NCBI GenBank assembly: GCA_900617105.1
Contig: UYFQ01000660.1
Location: 1-58,793, forward strand
Length of the DNA stretch: 58,793 nucleotides
DNA from: Hydrurus foetidus
Lineage: Eukaryota
Reading direction: 5' to 3'
Shown: positions 56,320 through 58,793 of the stretch, in pieces
Layout of the letters: the number at the start of each line of letters is the position of its first letter
Position numbering within the stretch: position 1 is the stretch's first letter
Notes under the pieces: generated by a model
What the model saw: only the letters and a program-made list of their open reading frames with translations
Told to the model about the DNA's origin: nothing
Database searches by the model: none
Position numbers and translations under genes: made by a program

Positions 56320-58793
56320 TTACTTTTCTGTCGGAATTATTTTCGACATGCCGTGAAGGCGTAAATATGTGTGAAGAGCGTCTGTAAGACGAAGATTCTT
56401 CCACGACTCCCACGTATTGTGCGAGTCATCAAAGTCAGTCCATTTGACTAAAAACCGCATTTGGGTTTTGCGCCTGGAATTGCCTTGGTGCTGAAGAATG
56501 GAATCGATAAAGAATTCCATATAATCGCGGCGTGATACATCAGCAGGATCCGTATGTTTCGGATTGAAAACAAATTGTTTAAGATTACTAATATGAAGAT
56601 GTTTATGTTTCTTCGTAGTTATATCTAACAACGTATAATCAGAGTTGTGAATCGATACCACTTGAAACGGTCCCCGCCACAACGTGTGTAACCGTGTGGG
56701 CGGTTGTGTGGTATATCTAGCCAACACATATGAACCTACGGGAAAAACCGTTATATCCTGTGGACTTGTGGCAACATGAGCCGCGTCCATTGTGCGCAAA
56801 GCAGTTTGTGCTTGGGCAATCAGGGTATCCTGGATGTGATACATCTCACAGACCACTTTCGATGCGGAAGTTTCCACTTCCGGTAATTGTGGGAATGGTG
56901 AAAGTATGCCCGAATCAAGATTGATTTGGTTACCAAACAATAAACTTGCTGGGGAGGCATTGGTACTGCTGTGAATTGAAGAATTCAAAATGCGCTGTAC
57001 AAACGGTAAGCAGTTTTTATACTGGTACACGTCGTTTGTATCATACAGGAACGAACGTAAGTACCGGTTAATTTCTTTGTTAGCTCGTTCAACTATAGCA
57101 TTCTCTTGTTTAGAGTATGCTAGTGTCAGGTTGTGGGGTGTACCCGTTGACACTAGGAATTGCTTGATCAATTCATTAGCAAAATGCGAACCCCGATCAG
57201 ATCTGATCATTTGGGGTGCACCGTATCTTCCAAAGTGTTGGAGAAGGCAATCGGTAGCCGATTGGGCCGTATTATCGGCACACCAAAATAGTTCTGTCCA
57301 TCGTGTAAAAGCACAGATGATGACAAGAACGTAAGAGGCATCGGGGAAGGGTCCGATGAAATCGATGTTCAATACATGGAACGGTTTGTACGCCGAAGTA
57401 ACGTACTTGTGTACACGTATCGGTACGCGGGTCGCGTTCATCTTCTGGCAGCATGCACATTGTTGTATAAACAAGTGGGTGTGCTGAACCATGTGTTCCC
57501 ACTGAATGGGTAAGCCTAAAAGCTTTTCTACGGTGCGTTTAACGCCCCCGTGTCCAACAAACTTGTTGTGGCACATGTTGAGTGCGTCACGCTGCGTATC
57601 AGTCATCTCTGGGATGACCTTGAGGGCGCCGCAAAACGGGCCCGGTAAGTTATCCGGTTCTGTGCCAGTGGTGGCTGGTTGAACCTTGATGACAAGGTCC
57701 GAGAGATTAGCACAGAGGCGGGACATAGCGTCCGCTACCGTGTTCTCAGATCCTCGCACGTATGCGATTGTGTAATCGAGCTCTTGTAGAGCCATGGACC
57801 ATCTCCCTACCATCGAGTTAGGGGAGGATTTCATGTATGTCAGATTTTTATGATCTGTGTGAATCGTAAACTTGCGATCACGTAATAGTGGATCAAGTTT
57901 TGTACAACACAAGTAGATAGCATAAGCTTCTTTCTGGATTGTTGACCAGTTCAACTGTGAGAAGGTGAGTGACTTACTCACAAATGAAATGGGTTTCATT
58001 TCATCTCCAACTTTTTGGAACAGTACACCACCTACACCATAATCAGATGCGTCGGTGTATAAATGTATTGGTGATACATTATCAATGAAGTGCATCAGGG
58101 GGCATTGAGATATTGCCTGCCTAATGTCTTGAAACGCTTTAATGGTTTCAGCATTCCAAGTTACTCTGGAATGTTTATGAGTTGTAGACACCGTCATTTT
58201 ATGTAACGGTGCTACTATGTTGGAGTGGTTTGGTACGAACCCTCTAAAATAGTTCGCTAAACCGAGAAATCCCCTAAGGGCAGTAACGGTTTTAGGGCGA
58301 GGAAAATCTAAAACAGATTTTATTTTCTCAGCCGACATAGATAACCCCTCTTTGGAGATCACACGTCCGACGTATTCGAGGCGTGTAACTCCGAACTTAC
58401 ACTTCTTAGCTTTCAAGAATAAATTCTTTTCTCGAAAACGGATGAAGACATCACGAAGTCTCTGCAGAAACTCGTCAGGCCCATTACCAAATACAATGCA
58501 ATCATCGAGATACATCTCACATGTTACATATAAAAGGCCCGCAAGGACAACCGTGGCCATCATCTCCTGGAAGTATGATGGGGCACGCTTGAGGCCGAAA
58601 GGCAATCGAGTGAATTGATAAATTCCAGAGAAGCATATGAATGCAGTCAGGATTTTGGCTGATGCCGTAAGGGGTGCTTGATGGTAGCCGGACGTCAAGT
58701 CCATAACTCCAAAGATGTCAGGTTGACGAGCGCCAATGCGTTCAAACATTGCTGGAATGTTGGGGAGTGGCCAACTGGCCGACTCCGTAATTA
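56320..58793 (-). CDS. pol: Pol polyprotein (RT, RNase H, integrase, chromodomain), 5'-partial
   Basis: WPLPNI, DLTSGYHQ, LPFGLK, YLDD; YTDASDYGVG, TDHKNL, ADAMSR; H..H..CACC zinc finger, DFIGP, SDRGSHF, ENAIVER; WRGPF; chromodomain IDSILQH...FLVKWTDFDDSHNTWE. The frame stays open to the window end. Confidence 0.96.
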   Translation of the reverse strand, partial: ITESASWPLPNIPAMFERIGARQPDIFGVMDLTSGYHQAPLTASAKILTAFICFSGIYQFTRLPFGLKRAPSYFQEMMATVVLAGLLYVTCEMYLDDCIVFGNGPDEFLQRLRDVFIRFREKNLFLKAKKCKFGVTRLEYVGRVISKEGLSMSAEKIKSVLDFPRPKTVTALRGFLGLANYFRGFVPNHSNIVAPLHKMTVSTTHKHSRVTWNAETIKAFQDIRQAISQCPLMHFIDNVSPIHLYTDASDYGVGGVLFQKVGDEMKPISFVSKSLTFSQLNWSTIQKEAYAIYLCCTKLDPLLRDRKFTIHTDHKNLTYMKSSPNSMVGRWSMALQELDYTIAYVRGSENTVADAMSRLCANLSDLVIKVQPATTGTEPDNLPGPFCGALKVIPEMTDTQRDALNMCHNKFVGHGGVKRTVEKLLGLPIQWEHMVQHTHLFIQQCACCQKMNATRVPIRVHKYVTSAYKPFHVLNIDFIGPFPDASYVLVIICAFTRWTELFWCADNTAQSATDCLLQHFGRYGAPQMIRSDRGSHFANELIKQFLVSTGTPHNLTLAYSKQENAIVERANKEINRYLRSFLYDTNDVYQYKNCLPFVQRILNSSIHSSTNASPASLLFGNQINLDSGILSPFPQLPEVETSASKVVCEMYHIQDTLIAQAQTALRTMDAAHVATSPQDITVFPVGSYVLARYTTQPPTRLHTLWRGPFQVVSIHNSDYTLLDITTKKHKHLHISNLKQFVFNPKHTDPADVSRRDYMEFFIDSILQHQGNSRRKTQMRFLVKWTDFDDSHNTWESWKNLRLTDALHTYLRLHGMSKIIPTEK

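Larger units (their letters stand above)
55527..58793 (-). mobile_element. Ty3/Gypsy LTR retrotransposon, chromovirus type (3' part; truncated by the window end)
   Basis: Domain order RT-RNaseH-IN-chromodomain, followed by a 3' UTR, a purine-rich PPT and a TG...CA-bounded LTR candidate. Confidence 0.93.

Overview
Eukaryotic nuclear DNA with GT-AG introns and many intronic microsatellites. It most likely comes from a flagellated, plastid-bearing stramenopile (ochrophyte, chrysophyte-like). This is inferred from an ASAFAP-type plastid-targeting presequence together with motile-flagellum genes. Left to right: a two-unit minisatellite (303-862); a 399-bp MITE-like element; MAM33; a BPNT1-like inositol-monophosphatase-family gene; IQCG/DRC9; a secreted protein with two kinds of internal repeat; a multi-exon TruD/PUS7 gene with a signal-peptide-like N-terminus and an inserted SAP domain; an apparently complete HYDIN gene (34.6 kb, about 53 exons and 5,250 aa by hand tracing); a small orphan ORF; a plastid-targeted membrane protein; and the 3' half of an intact Ty3/Gypsy chromovirus with PPT and 3' LTR. 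No prokaryote-type system (CRISPR, defence island) is supported. The most unusual signals are clustered perfect 7-10 bp tandem duplications in every promoter region, a strong intron bias toward pentanucleotide repeats of many different sequences, a 133-bp fold-back in a HYDIN intron, the TruD-SAP architecture, and a Cys-rich repeat module I do not recognise. All exon structures were traced by eye and no database searches were run.
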